The notes: generated by a model not told the origin, from the sequence alone. Counted from the stretch's first letter, positions 33,166-45,045 are shown. The stretch: DNA of 64,000 nucleotides from Candidatus Poribacteria bacterium (GCA_965218095.1 OZ244587.1:3168001-3232000); one strand, 5' to 3'. Numbers and translations are program-made.

Positions 33166-33573
33166 ATGAGCCAAGATGCACACATTATCCGTTTTGATGA
33201 AGTCACGTCGGTCGATCGCGGGACCGGCGTAACGACGATACCGTTGGCAGGAAAGTAGCTCGGTTCAGCGACGCTGACCAACGGGGTTACGCATTTTGAA
33301 CCGGGCGTAGCGACTGCGCTGCACTACCATAATTGCGATGAGTCGGTTACGATTCTCGAAGGGGATGCATGCTGTGAAGTTGATGAGGCGACCTTCGAGA
33401 TGCAAGCGTACGACACGACCTTTGTCCCCGCTGGCATCCCGCACCGCTTCTGGAATGCGAGCGATAAGCCGATGAAAATACTGTGGACTTGTGCGTCGAC
33501 GAACGTCACACGCACGTTTGTCGAAACGGGCGAACATCTATCCGCCGGAGATCGAGCAGTTGTTGAGAAGTGA
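33166..33573 (+). pseudogene. Cupin-domain gene with in-frame TAG at 33256
   Basis: MSQDAHIIRFD…GK*LG…LHYHNCDESV…PAGIPHRF. Confidence 0.8.
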
Positions 33574-33649
33574 AACGTAGAACGTCAAGCGTAAAACGTA
33601 AAAAATCTTACAGATTACGTTTTACGCAACGCAATAGGAGACCCCACCC

Positions 33650-34996
33650 TTGGAGAACCAGATCGAGAAGGCACAGGAAAACCCTCTCCTTACCGGCAAT
33701 ATTACCAAAGGTTTGATAGGGTTAGGTATTCCGGTCGTTGGTTCACTGTTGTTACAAACAGCGTTTAACATCATTGACGCAATTTGGATCGGTCAGCTAG
33801 GCAATGCGGCGCTGGCAGCAATCAGCACGGCTGGATTCGTGATTTGGAGCATTTTTGCGCTGGCGGAAATGGTCGCGATCGGCGTAACAGCGATAGTCGC
33901 TCGGTTCGTCGGGGCGACCGATCAGCATACAGCGGCGCAGGTCGCGGGCCAAGGCATCTGGTTAGGCTTGATTGTCTCGATTGGGATTGGTTTTCTTGTT
34001 GCTCCTTACATTTTCGGTTTCATGGGTACAACGGCGGACGTAACAGGTCACGGGCTCTCATACTTAGGGGTTATGTTTTGGGGCATGCCGAGCCTCATCC
34101 TTTTCTTTGTCCTCAACGCGATCTATCGTGGAAACGGCGATACAAAGACGCCGATGGTGCTGCTAACTATTGCTGTTCTCATCAATGGCGGGCTAGATCC
34201 GTTCTTAATCTTTGGCTGGGGGCCCTTTCCAAGGCTCGAAGTGGCTGGCGCAGCATTCGCTACCGTCATTGCCCGGTGTATTGGGGTGGCAATTGGCGTG
34301 GTGATTCTTTTGCAACGACACAACTGGCTGTACGGGCGAGGAGATGGCCGGGTGTGGATTGATTTCTCCGTGATGTGGCGGATCTTGCGGATCGGTATAC
34401 CGGCATCAATAGCGGGTTTAGTCGTTTGCGTCGTATACATTTTTCTGACAAAAGTAACAACGAAGTTTGGTACAGCATCAGTCGCTGTGCTCGGGGCAGG
34501 TCATAAGATGCAGTCAGTCACGTATATGTTCGGCATGGGGACCTCGGTTGCCGTGACGACGATGGTCGGACAGAATCTCGGCGCCGAACAGCCGGATCGG
34601 GCCGCCCGGACTGCATGGATTGGATGTGGGATTATCACACTCTTTAACGGGTTCATGGCGTTGATCTATTTCACGCTCTCTCCCGCTATCATCCGGTTTT
34701 TTATTGCTGAGCCAGAGGTCATTCAGATCGGTTCAAACTACCTGAAGATTATCGCTATCTCCGAGATCTTCATGGGGATTGAATCGGTATTAGATGGCGC
34801 ATTTAGCGACGCTGGAGATACATTGCCGCCTACTCTGATCTCTGTGCCGCTGACAGTGGCACGCTATCCACTCTCTTACTATTTCGCTGTGATGCTCTGG
34901 AACAACTGGATGGCGATTGCGCTGACGGGCGTCGCACGCGGCATCCTGATTATGTATTGGTTTCGTCGTGGAAAGTGGAAGGAAAAGAAGGTTTGA
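33650..34996 (+). CDS. MATE efflux transporter
   Basis: GNGDTKTPM, LDPFLIFG, GQNLGA. Confidence 0.92.
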   Translation: MENQIEKAQENPLLTGNITKGLIGLGIPVVGSLLLQTAFNIIDAIWIGQLGNAALAAISTAGFVIWSIFALAEMVAIGVTAIVARFVGATDQHTAAQVAGQGIWLGLIVSIGIGFLVAPYIFGFMGTTADVTGHGLSYLGVMFWGMPSLILFFVLNAIYRGNGDTKTPMVLLTIAVLINGGLDPFLIFGWGPFPRLEVAGAAFATVIARCIGVAIGVVILLQRHNWLYGRGDGRVWIDFSVMWRILRIGIPASIAGLVVCVVYIFLTKVTTKFGTASVAVLGAGHKMQSVTYMFGMGTSVAVTTMVGQNLGAEQPDRAARTAWIGCGIITLFNGFMALIYFTLSPAIIRFFIAEPEVIQIGSNYLKIIAISEIFMGIESVLDGAFSDAGDTLPPTLISVPLTVARYPLSYYFAVMLWNNWMAIALTGVARGILIMYWFRRGKWKEKKV

Positions 34997-35127
34997 AACT
35001 GAAACATGGAAGATAGTGTCAAATAATGGGAAGGCAGATTTCTATGAAAAGTGCAAGGAAAAAATGAAAACCATGTGAAAAAGGTGCACTGAATTGGAAT
35101 TAAAGATGAGAAGGAGATACAAAATCG

Positions 35128-36147
35128 ATGGTCATCGCTATGGCAGCAGGAGCAGAACAACAATATATTGATGCTGGCATCGCCCAAATCACGGAACTCG
35201 GCTACACACCGCACCCGATTTACGGTACGGAGCGCACTGTCATCGCGGCGATTGGCGATGAATGTGGCAAGTACGAGTTGCAACGATTGGAGTCGATGTA
35301 GGGCGTTGATAGGGTCGTGCCAATCCTGGAGCCGTATAAACTCTCTGGCAGAGAAGTAACCTCCGGTGAAAGAACGAAAGTACGCATCGGAGATGTTGAA
35401 ATTAGCAGCGATGAACTAATCTTGATGGCGGGGCCCTGCTCCGTCGAAAGTCGGGAGCAAATTTTGGAATCGGCGGAAATCGTCAAGGAATCCGGCGCAC
35501 AAATCCTGCGGGGAGGCGCTTTCAAGCCGCGCACATCGCCGTACAGCTTTCAAGGGCTTGGAGAGGCAGGGTTGCAATACCTCGCTGAAGCGCGGGACAA
35601 AACGGGACTTCTGATTATCACGGAATTGATGGATAGCCAGGACCTCCAGCTTGTTGAGCAGTACACGGACATCATCCAGATTGGCGCGCGGAATATGCAG
35701 AACTACGGGCTCCTCTCGCGCCTCCGTGAGACGAAAAAGCCCGTGATGCTCAAGCGCGGCATGATGTCGAAAGTCAATGAACTTCTGCTTTCAGCGGAAT
35801 ACATCCTTTCCGAAGGGAATTACAACGTTATCTTGTGCGAGCGCGGCATTCGCACGTTTGAAACGGCGACGCGGAATACATTTGACCTGAACGCAATTCC
35901 GGTGATTAAAAAAATGAGCCATTTGCCTATCATCGCAGATCCGAGCCACGGGACGGGGCATTGGGAGTACGTTAATCCAATGGCAAAGGCAGCCGTGGCG
36001 GCGGGGGCAGATGGGCTGATGATTGAAGTCCATCCCCAGCCTGAAAAAACGTTGTCTGATGGCGCACAGTCCCTCCGCCCAGACAAATTCCTTCAATTGG
36101 TTAAAGAACTCAAACCGTTTATTGAGGCAAGTGGATGGACGTTTTAG
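35128..36147 (+). pseudogene. aroF: Type I-beta DAHP synthase with in-frame TAG at 35299 after the N-terminal regulatory domain
   Basis: MVIAM…IYGTERTVIAAIGD…[11 protein letters not shown]…[27 protein letters not shown]. Confidence 0.85.
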
Positions 36148-36266
36148 ACAATCAACGAATCGTCTTACGTTTTACGCAATATGCATCACACATTTCTCTC
36201 TTGTAATTCGCTGTAACTTCTGGTAATATGGTAGCGATATTCCACAAAATATGGAGGGCTAAAATT

Positions 36267-37529
36267 ATGGCATTACCAAGAATGATTCGTATAAAACAGC
36301 ATTTTGAGGCGCCCGTTGTCGCAGATTTGCCCGCAGCGATTGCGGCAGAATTGGATCAAATCGATACAGCGTCAATTGTGGGCAAAGGGGATAGCGTCGC
36401 TGTCGGCGCAGGGAGCCGTGGGGTTGCGAACATCGATATCGTCGTCAAGGCAACGGTGGATTATCTCAAGGGACTCGGTGCAAAACCGTTTGTTGTCCCA
36501 GCGATGGGAAGCCACGGTGGAGCCACCCCGGAAGGGCAGCGGGGTGTGTTAGAGCATTACGGTATTACCGAAGAGACGGTAGGCGCACCGGTCAAGACAA
36601 CGATGGATGTTGTTGAAATCGGTCAAACCGCCGACGGATTGCCCGTTTTCCTCGATCGGTATGCTTCTGAAGCGGATGGCATCATTCCGATTAATCGGAT
36701 TAAAGCGCATACTGATTTCAGGGGCTCGATCGAGAGCGGATTGCTGAAGATGTTGACGATCGGGTTTGGCAAACAGCACGGCGCGAATATGTACCATCGT
36801 GCCTTTTTCCACTACGGGTTTGAGCATGTTATCCGGACAGTTACTGGCTTGCTCTTAGACGCCGGAAGGATCGCCTTTGGTGTTGGGCTGGTCGAAAACG
36901 CCCACGAACAGACCGCGAAGGTTGCCGCAATGCGCGCCGATGAACTAACGCGTCGGGAACGCGAACTTCTCATCGAAGCGAAGTCACTGATGGGACGACT
37001 GCCGTTTGATGCATTCGATCTCTTAGTGGTGGATTGGATGGGAAAGAACATCAGCGGGACGGGAATGGACACAAACATCATTGGTCGCATGATGCAGATC
37101 CTTGAGCCGGAGCCTGAGAAGCCGGCGATTGTGCGAATCTTCGTCCGCGATCTGACGGACGATAGCGACGGCAACGCGACAGGGGTTGGGTTAGCAGATT
37201 TTACAACGACGCGCCTTGTGGAAAAAATGGATCGGCACGCGACGTACATGAATGGCATCACCGGGATGGGTCCTCAGAAATCGAAAACGCCCTTCTACTA
37301 CGACACAGACCGGGAGGCTATCGAGGTCGCATTGAACACGGTCGGACTTACCCCGCCTGAAGAGACAAAGGTGGTGCGCATCGAAAGCACCCTCAGTCTA
37401 GCGCAGGTGGACATCTCCGAAGCCCTACTTGAAGACGCGAAGCTGCGCAGCGATCTGGAGGTCATCGACGAGTTGAAGCCGTTTGCGTTTGATTCCGCCG
37501 GCAATCTGCCGCCGTTTGATGAAAAGTAA
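36267..37529 (+). CDS. Lactate-racemase N-domain / DUF362-like protein
   Basis: GSRGVANI, PAMGSHGGAT, NRIKAHT, GKNISGTGMD. Confidence 0.8.
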   Translation: MALPRMIRIKQHFEAPVVADLPAAIAAELDQIDTASIVGKGDSVAVGAGSRGVANIDIVVKATVDYLKGLGAKPFVVPAMGSHGGATPEGQRGVLEHYGITEETVGAPVKTTMDVVEIGQTADGLPVFLDRYASEADGIIPINRIKAHTDFRGSIESGLLKMLTIGFGKQHGANMYHRAFFHYGFEHVIRTVTGLLLDAGRIAFGVGLVENAHEQTAKVAAMRADELTRRERELLIEAKSLMGRLPFDAFDLLVVDWMGKNISGTGMDTNIIGRMMQILEPEPEKPAIVRIFVRDLTDDSDGNATGVGLADFTTTRLVEKMDRHATYMNGITGMGPQKSKTPFYYDTDREAIEVALNTVGLTPPEETKVVRIESTLSLAQVDISEALLEDAKLRSDLEVIDELKPFAFDSAGNLPPFDEK

Positions 37530-37687
37530 TACGCTATTCTTGACCCATAAGTTAGACAGGTTCAAGTTGTAAGGGGGTGTCCCCCAAACTGTTTTGGTTC
37601 GGGAGTACAACCCCTCACAACTCACAGCATGGCCGTTTTATAGATCAGCTCTTCACACATTACGCCGCACGAAGCAGGGAGAATTAC

Positions 37688-38302
37688 TTGAAACGCCTGA
37701 TTGTCGGAATTACGGGGGCGAGCGCCGTCATCTATGGTGTACGCCTCCTCGAAGTCTTCACCCAACGCGACAACTATGAAATCCACCTGACGATTTCCAA
37801 CGCCGGCGCAAGGGCGCTGTGGGAGGAACTTCAGATCCGTGTGGATTTGGACGATTTCCGCCTTGAATCCGTGATCGGCAGGTCGTCAGATCAGGTGATT
37901 TACCACCATCAGTCCGACATCGCGGCGTCAATTGCGAGCGGCTCCTTCCGCACGGAGGGGATGATTATTGCGCCATGCAGCATGGGGACGATCGGCTCGA
38001 TAGCGGCTGGCGTCTCCCGCAACCTCATCCATCGTGCCGCCGATGTCTGCATCAAAGAACGGCGCAAGCTCGTCCTCGTACCCCGCGAAACGCCTCTAAG
38101 TGCCATCCATCTCGAAAATATGCTCAAACTGTCCCAACTCGGGGTGGTCATTCTGCCCGCCATGCCGGGTTTCTACCACTTTCCCAAGACGGTCGATGAT
38201 ATGATTAACTTCGTCATCACGAAGTTGCTGGATCAGTTTGGCATTGATGCGGGGCTCATCCAGCGATGGAAGGAAACAAACCATGCTCTTCCGAAAAATT
38301 AA
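37688..38302 (+). CDS. ubiX: Flavin prenyltransferase
   Basis: GITGAS, ASGS, PCSM, RAADV, PRETP, PAMPGFY. Confidence 0.95.
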   Translation: MKRLIVGITGASAVIYGVRLLEVFTQRDNYEIHLTISNAGARALWEELQIRVDLDDFRLESVIGRSSDQVIYHHQSDIAASIASGSFRTEGMIIAPCSMGTIGSIAAGVSRNLIHRAADVCIKERRKLVLVPRETPLSAIHLENMLKLSQLGVVILPAMPGFYHFPKTVDDMINFVITKLLDQFGIDAGLIQRWKETNHALPKN

Positions 38303-39137
38303 AATCATCCTCGACATGATCAAATTTGAGCACACAATCTTCATACTGCCATTTGCGATTATGAGCGCGTTCATTGCCTCAAACGGATTTCCCGCATGGG
38401 ATAAGTTCGGCTGGATCCTCGTGGCGATGGTTGGGGCGCGGAGTTGTGCGATGGCGTTCAACCGCCTCGCCGACGCAGAAATCGACAAAGCCAATCCACG
38501 CACTGCGATACGAGCCATTCCTGCTGGACTGATCACGAAGGGATCAGTGTGGGTCTTTACGCTCATTTCCGCTGCACTGCTCGTACTCGCCGCATACAAC
38601 CTAAATCCACTTGCCTTCGCGCTTTCACCTGTCGCACTCGTGGTGATCATGGGCTACTCCTACACGAAACGCTTTACCTCTCTTGCTCACCTCTGGCTGG
38701 GCACTTCCCTCTCAATTGCGCCAATTGGGGCATGGATCGCTATCAAAGGTCGGTTTGATTCGACACCGATGCTGCTCGGTTTGGCGGTGCTGCTCTGGAC
38801 AGCGGGATTCGACATCATCTACGCTTGTCAGGATTTCGATTTTGATCGTTGGCATAGACTTTACTCGATTCCTGCAAAACTCGGAGTTCGACGAGCGCTG
38901 TGGATTTCGTCCGCGCTACATGTTGTGATGGTCGCTGTACTCATTAGCGTTACGCAGTTGACCGATCTTGGAACCCTCTACCTGGTCGGGGTTGGCATCG
39001 TCATCGCTATCTTAATCTATGAACACGCAATTGTCAAGCCCAACGACCTCTCTCGAGTAAATCTCGCTTTCTTTACGCTGAACGGGATGGTGAGTTTAGT
39101 GCTGATGGCGTTGTCTGTTGCAGATATGATATTTTAG
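38283..39137 (+). CDS. ubiA: UbiA-family prenyltransferase (MqnP-like)
   Basis: IKFEHT, FNRLADAEIDKANPRT, FDIIYACQD. Confidence 0.9.
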   Translation: MLFRKIKIILDMIKFEHTIFILPFAIMSAFIASNGFPAWDKFGWILVAMVGARSCAMAFNRLADAEIDKANPRTAIRAIPAGLITKGSVWVFTLISAALLVLAAYNLNPLAFALSPVALVVIMGYSYTKRFTSLAHLWLGTSLSIAPIGAWIAIKGRFDSTPMLLGLAVLLWTAGFDIIYACQDFDFDRWHRLYSIPAKLGVRRALWISSALHVVMVAVLISVTQLTDLGTLYLVGVGIVIAILIYEHAIVKPNDLSRVNLAFFTLNGMVSLVLMALSVADMIF

Positions 39138-39149
39138 GAGGTGTTGATC

Positions 39150-39407
39150 ATGACACAAACGATTGAAGCGATGTACGAAAAAGGTGTGCTTCGCCCATTC
39201 CAGCCATTGGATGGGGTTGTCGAGCATACGAAAGTGAAAGTCACGGTGGAAGTTGAAGCAAAACCACGTTATCCGTTGGTGGACTGTATTGATATTCTTC
39301 CTGACATTTTTCTAACTCGCGTACTTATTTTTACTAAGCTTTGGACAATTTTACCCTCACCAAAATCAGTAATAGCAAGGGTTGTGGATTTTAATCAGAG
39401 TTCATAA
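39150..39407 (+). pseudogene. DUF104/AF2212-like antitoxin, probably truncated, no toxin adjacent
   Basis: IEAMYEKGVLRP motif. Confidence 0.65.
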
Positions 39408-39566
39408 AATCTCTCGACTCACACAAAATTCTCCCCAATTGCCGGAGGAATGCAGTGGTCTGATTTTGGGGATTTGTCTGACCAATCTGTTACCATCGAT
39501 ACCGCAGATGGCTTCAAGCGAAGTCTCTTCTCACTTTAGACACTTTAGTACACTGTCCAAACTTTA

Positions 39567-41437
39567 ACGACTTATGCTAGGTTCTGTTGACATTTGAGTA
39601 TAAGGTTGTGGCATAATAGAAGAATGATGCCAATAACCTTACCCGATGACCAATGGAAAAAGATATACTCGTTTCTTCTAACTTGTCCCACCATCTATGT
39701 TGGCAACGAAGCGACAACACGCCGCTTTATCGAAGCGGTTCTCTGGGCGACCCGTAGCGGTGCTCAATGGAGACTTCTGCCAGACACCTATGGCAAATGG
39801 AACACCCTCTATAAGCGGTTTGCACGGTGGTGCGACAAAGGCATCTTCACACAGATGCACCACCACTTTGCCTCTGACCCCGATATCGAGTCGCTTATTG
39901 TGGACAGTACAATCATTCGAGCGCACCCGTGTGCGGCGGGCGCCTTAAAAAAAAGGGTGGCACTGAAAACCAAGCGTTAGGCTGCTCTCGCGGGGGATTC
40001 AGTACAAAAATTCACATCACCGTTGACGGCCTGGGTAATCCACTAAGAGTACATCTGACGCCCGGTCAAAGAAACGACATAGCGGAAGCAGAAGCGTTGA
40101 TACTTGGATATAAAAGCGAGTATGTGATTGGAGACAAGGGATATGACTCCGACAATTTTATCGCCGTTATTGAGGCGAATGGAGCGATTGCGGTGATACC
40201 GCCCAAAAGTCATCGTGTGGATCAAAGAGATTACGACAAACATCTGTACCGAGAGAGACATCTGGTTGAATGTTTCATTAACAAGATAAAATGGTATCGC
40301 CGCATCTTCTCTCGGTTCGAGAAGCTAGCTGTCCGTTATTTTGGATTTCTCAGCTTTGTCTCCACTCTTATATGGCTCCCTTGAAATGTCAACAGAACCT
40401 AGTTAAAAGGCAAAGGAAGTGCTATCCTTTGAGAGAAGTTACTTATCTTGAATGAAAGAGAGGAAGCATTTCAATGGAGTTATGTCAAAAGCGGAGTGCC
40501 GCTTTCGCACAAGAAGGAATCACGTCGCTGAATCTCGAAGACTTGCTGAGTGTGAGTTTCATTGTTATTGATGATTTGTATGAACACCATTTCCCCGATG
40601 GAATGCCCCATCGGGGTGTCCCCAAAGCAACCTAGCCGACAGTGAAGTAATAACCATCGCTTGGGTCGGTGAGATGGTTAGCATTGATAGTCAACGGGTT
40701 GGTATAACCTTGTCAAAAAGGAGTTCTGCCATCTATTTCCGCATTTACCTGAGTGAACTCGATTTAATCGTCGGCGTCGTAATCTGTGGGAAGTAAGTGG
40801 AAAACTTAGACAAGCACTCAACGATGAACTTCCGTTAAACGACATCTTCATTGTCGATAGCTTGCCTGTCCCCCTCTGTGACTTTAAACGTGCGCATTCT
40901 TCCACATCGCCTCTCAAGTGTCAGGACCTACGGGTATTGTGAAACCAAAGGATTGGGTACATTCTTAGGATTTCGCGTTCATCTAATCATCAAGGCGTAC
41001 CCCTCGCTTTTTCCGTACCCAATGCCAATGTTGATGAGCGGGAGGTGCTTTCGACGATGTGTGAAACAGGCGATTATCCCCTGATAATTGGAGACAAAGG
41101 TTACATTTCAGACCCATTGAGTGAGATGCTCCTTGAGTTGGATGGGATTCGCTTATTCGCTATCAAGCGTGAGAATCAGAAGTCACAACATATGCCACAA
41201 CTCCGGCGGGATCTCAATCGGATTCGGACACGAATTGAAACTACCATCAATCAACTCAATGCCCAGTTTCATCTCTGTCGAATCAGAGCGCGTTATCATT
41301 GGGGCATGTTGACCCGAATTATTGATAAGCTAGTGGGGTTCAGCTTAGCAGTTTTGCTCAACCGCAGTCTAGGACGACCGCTTATGGAAATCAAAGACTT
41401 AGTTTTCGCATACCCTATATCAACTAGCACAAGTCGT
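39567..41437 (+). mobile_element. Degenerate IS982-family element with its left TIR interrupted by IS5
   Basis: TIR ACGACTTATGCTAGTT/AACTAGCACAAGTCGT; 7-bp TSD AACTTTA; DSEVITI, IVDS, IGDKGYI, RIET motifs across broken frames. Confidence 0.8.
39581..40398 (+). mobile_element. IS5-family element, apparently intact, with two ORFs joined by a -1 frameshift
   Basis: TIR GTTCTGTTGACATTT; CTAG TSD; orfA W…WRLLP..YG.W; A8 slippery site near 39947; orfB GGFSTKIH, GDKGYD, YRERHLVE. Confidence 0.92.
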
Positions 41438-41565
41438 AACTTTAGTATTTTTAGCATGAGCCAGAAATTGAAGTTTGACGATTTTCATAAGATCTTTCAT
41501 CATTTCCTCCCAAACGTTCGCTGACTGGTTTTTATCCCTTCTGTAATCGTCAAAAAAGTCACTTT

Positions 41566-44500
41566 CTATAATTTTTTCTGCGTCTGCCGCGATAACGCTT
41601 TGAAATATTGCTCAATCAGTTCACGATACTGCGGCGGAAAGCTTTCTGCCTGTCCTGATCTAAGATTCGATTCGAGCTGCTGTATGGTCTCCAGTAGTTT
41701 TGGATCGAGCGGTGGCGCGTCATTTGTAGTCGCTGTCGGTTTTTTAGCAACCTGACTCTTTCGTTTCTTGCTGACCTCGCGCTTCTGCAAGGATTTGGAG
41801 CTTTCTAGCATCCGCGTCAGGATCTCCCGCTGTTTGTTCAGCACTTGTTGATTCAGATTTCCCTTCTGGAGCTCGGCTTCCACTTCTCTCATCTCCTCCG
41901 AAACGCTCTTGAGATCTCCGAGTACCTGTGACAGCTTTTCCATCATGTCTGCTAGCCGCTCCGTGGCTTCCCGGATCATCTGCTGCTCATACCCCAGCCG
42001 CTTGAGCAACTGTTCGTTGCTTGGCGTGCGTCCTTGTTGGCGCATTTGTTGGTTCAACTGCTGCGCCATCTCGTTCAATTGCCCCTGATTTTGCGCTAAC
42101 TGTTGAAGTTGCTCTAGCATATTTTCCATCCCAGCCATGCTCATCTGCTGGTTCATCTGATTCATTGCCTTGAGCAGTTCAGAAATCGCTTGATTGAGAT
42201 CCGCCAGTCCCTGTTTCTGGATTGGAACGGCGAGACTCGGCTTTCGATCTTCTAGCGCCCGTGCGGATCGCTCAAAGGCATCGCCGGCGGCATTAAGCAG
42301 CCAAACGATTCTCGGATCAATTTGCATCTGATCCTTACCCAACTCCCAAAGCCGGTTGGCAAGCAGATTGAGTCCCGCTGCAAGGCTCAACTCATTCGCC
42401 GCGAGTGTTTGTAACTGCTTGACTTCCCCTGCGAGATACTGCCCATGTCCAGACTGCAAAATCTCGTTGGTTCCATCAATGACCTGCTCGTGGGTTCGAG
42501 AGAGATACAGTCCACTCCGTACTGACTCGCGTATTGCAGTCAAAGTCTCATCCGCATTTGCCCCCTGCATGAACTCCAGCGCATCGTCCAGCCCCTGCGC
42601 CAGTTCACTCAGTCCTTGTTGGGCATGTTGTCCGGACTGCATTGCGCCCTGCATGTGATTCCCTTGCATCTGCAAGCTGGTGGATTGGATGTTCTGGGTG
42701 ACCTGCTGTTCTCGGGCGGATTCGTTCAGCCGCTTGACCTCATCAGCAACTCGTTGAAGGTTCGCCAATTCCGACATCTCCTCCCCCAGTTCATCGAGTT
42801 TTTCGTGGAGCTCTTCCATTCTTGCTGCAACGCGCTCTTCCTGCTTGGCAAGCGCATCAGCATGTTTGCTCGAATCTCCGGCATTGTTCTGATTGGCTTG
42901 ATCAACGAGATCCCCTAACTGTTCCATCAAGCGTTCCTGTCGTTCAGCAAGCTCCTTTGACTGATTCGCCGCAGCTTCCAGCTTCTGCTGAATGATCATC
43001 TGCTGATAAAGCGATTTCAACCGATCTAATTGCTGAAGAAACTGTTCTTGATTGAAGTTTGCTTCCATCAACTTTCGTTCTTGTTCAGACAACTGTTGCT
43101 GCTGCAATGCTTCAGCCAACTTCCGCAGAAGTTCCTTGTGCTCCTCCGATAGGGCTTGATCCATCAGTTCCTGCAACTCCTGAAACTTCTGAACCGTTTC
43201 TAGATCAAACAGTTGCTGCTTCTCCATTTGTTCGGCGGTCTTCTTCATCTCTTCCGTCAGATCCTTTGCCGTCTGCTCAATCTGCTTCTGGTTCTCAAGA
43301 ACCTGCTGCACTAACTTCTCGTCTTTCAGGGTCAACTCCTGGCTCTTGCGGATCTTGTCCAGCAATTCATCGATCGTGGCTGTTTGTTCTGCCTGCTCAT
43401 CAAACAACGCCTCAAGCCCTTCCAGTTCGACTTCCTGCTCAGATTCGACCTCGTCGTAGAGTTCCGCCAGAGTTGGAAAACGAATCGAGTAGATGTTGGA
43501 TTTGCCGACGTTTGCTTCTGTGACATTATCCGCATCGATCGCTTCAGCATGGTAAGAGATGATGTCCCCCGGAAATAGCCCAATCGGATCAATGTCCCAG
43601 GGGAATTCGATGAAGACTGACGTTTCCGTTGGATTCCACATTTTCAACGGCACGATAATATCATCTTCGCTCTCTCCTTCGATCCGATAAACAAGCTGTA
43701 TCTCCTGCACACCGTAGTCATCTTTCGCATCGATCTGGAGGGGAACAATCATCGATTCATCGAGGACAACATCTTTACCCGGCGCGACGATCTCTATTCG
43801 CGGTTCGGCGTCCTCAATCGCGTGGAGGGTGTACGTGATCGGCTGCGAGTTTGAAACACCATCAACATCAATCAGCTCGATATGATACTTTTCGCTGTGT
43901 TGGACGATAAAATTCCCTGATAAGCGATTTCCATCTGAGATTCTGAGCTTGGCTGGATCTGATTCTTCAAGGACTAACCTCCCCGAAGCGAGCGGCTTGT
44001 TGCCCTCGCCCTCAAACTCCACCTCTGTACCAATCAGTGCAGTGAGATCGCCGAGGTTTTCTTCCAGCATTTGTGGCGAAAGTTGGGTATATTTCGGATA
44101 GTTGAGCTTGAGTTGGAAACGGCTCACGATTGGTTCTCGCGCAACGGTGATGTGGTAGTGTTCCGATGCTGTTTCTTTTGCTGCGATGTAATATTCCATC
44201 GACTGTGTGACATTTTTGAACGTAAAGCGATAGGGAATTTCCCTCTCATTTCGGGTCATCAAGAGATCGCGCCATGGTTGAGCAGATTGTCCAGCCGGCT
44301 GATTCGGCAGATTGTCGGTCTGTCCCACGCGATAGTAGAGGTACACAGGTGTGCCGAGGTGTCCGGTCACTTTCGCGGAGATGGTGACATCCGCCCCAGA
44401 TTCAATCAGTGCATTGCCCGGCTGGATCTCATCAATCTGGACAACGAGCATCTCTTGGGGCGTCTTGGGCAGTTCATCGAATGCTTGTGCAAAACTCTTC

Positions 44501-45045
44501 AGGCCCGAAGGGAGGATCAAATGCGTAATGAACAATACCGCAACAGCGGCAGCTGCAAACCCACCATATTTCTTGAGTTTCAAAAACTCTTGCGCAAAGA
44601 CCCGCTTCGTTTCAATCTGATCAATTGATTGATGGGCACCCTCAATCAGCCTCTCAATGAATTCCAGGGCATAGCCGAAGCGGTTATTCTCCATCTCCGG
44701 CTTGAGTTGGACGGCGCTCAGAATTCGGTTTTCAAATCTGGGATGGCTTGTCTCGATATATGCCGCTACCCGATCGTTCGTGAGTTTTTGGAAAACAGGA
44801 CGGATAAGGTAACGAACCGCTGCATACACGCCGACCCCGATCCACAGCAACACTAGCCCCATACGGAGCACACGCGGCAATGGTAGAAGTTGATCAATCA
44901 TAAGCGCAACAGCAAGAGCAATGGCAAGTGTCCCCAACCATCGCAGTAAACTGTGGGATAGGAGCAACAAGCGCCACTGCGCTCGCAGCGACTGAAGCCG
45001 GTTAGTAATTTCTTGATAGGTTTGCTCGGTGTTCCGGTTTGGCAT
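41566..45045 (-). CDS. DUF4175-like membrane-anchored Q/E-rich coiled-coil protein
   Basis: N-terminal TM helices, AKDDYGV, long coiled coil, PPQYRELIEQYFKAL. Confidence 0.85.
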   Translation of the reverse strand: MPNRNTEQTYQEITNRLQSLRAQWRLLLLSHSLLRWLGTLAIALAVALMIDQLLPLPRVLRMGLVLLWIGVGVYAAVRYLIRPVFQKLTNDRVAAYIETSHPRFENRILSAVQLKPEMENNRFGYALEFIERLIEGAHQSIDQIETKRVFAQEFLKLKKYGGFAAAAVAVLFITHLILPSGLKSFAQAFDELPKTPQEMLVVQIDEIQPGNALIESGADVTISAKVTGHLGTPVYLYYRVGQTDNLPNQPAGQSAQPWRDLLMTRNEREIPYRFTFKNVTQSMEYYIAAKETASEHYHITVAREPIVSRFQLKLNYPKYTQLSPQMLEENLGDLTALIGTEVEFEGEGNKPLASGRLVLEESDPAKLRISDGNRLSGNFIVQHSEKYHIELIDVDGVSNSQPITYTLHAIEDAEPRIEIVAPGKDVVLDESMIVPLQIDAKDDYGVQEIQLVYRIEGESEDDIIVPLKMWNPTETSVFIEFPWDIDPIGLFPGDIISYHAEAIDADNVTEANVGKSNIYSIRFPTLAELYDEVESEQEVELEGLEALFDEQAEQTATIDELLDKIRKSQELTLKDEKLVQQVLENQKQIEQTAKDLTEEMKKTAEQMEKQQLFDLETVQKFQELQELMDQALSEEHKELLRKLAEALQQQQLSEQERKLMEANFNQEQFLQQLDRLKSLYQQMIIQQKLEAAANQSKELAERQERLMEQLGDLVDQANQNNAGDSSKHADALAKQEERVAARMEELHEKLDELGEEMSELANLQRVADEVKRLNESAREQQVTQNIQSTSLQMQGNHMQGAMQSGQHAQQGLSELAQGLDDALEFMQGANADETLTAIRESVRSGLYLSRTHEQVIDGTNEILQSGHGQYLAGEVKQLQTLAANELSLAAGLNLLANRLWELGKDQMQIDPRIVWLLNAAGDAFERSARALEDRKPSLAVPIQKQGLADLNQAISELLKAMNQMNQQMSMAGMENMLEQLQQLAQNQGQLNEMAQQLNQQMRQQGRTPSNEQLLKRLGYEQQMIREATERLADMMEKLSQVLGDLKSVSEEMREVEAELQKGNLNQQVLNKQREILTRMLESSKSLQKREVSKKRKSQVAKKPTATTNDAPPLDPKLLETIQQLESNLRSGQAESFPPQYRELIEQYFKALSRQTQKKL

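Noticed and set aside
37540-37620. IS3-like end TGACCCATAAGTTAGACA
   Set aside because: No partner IR or transposase found
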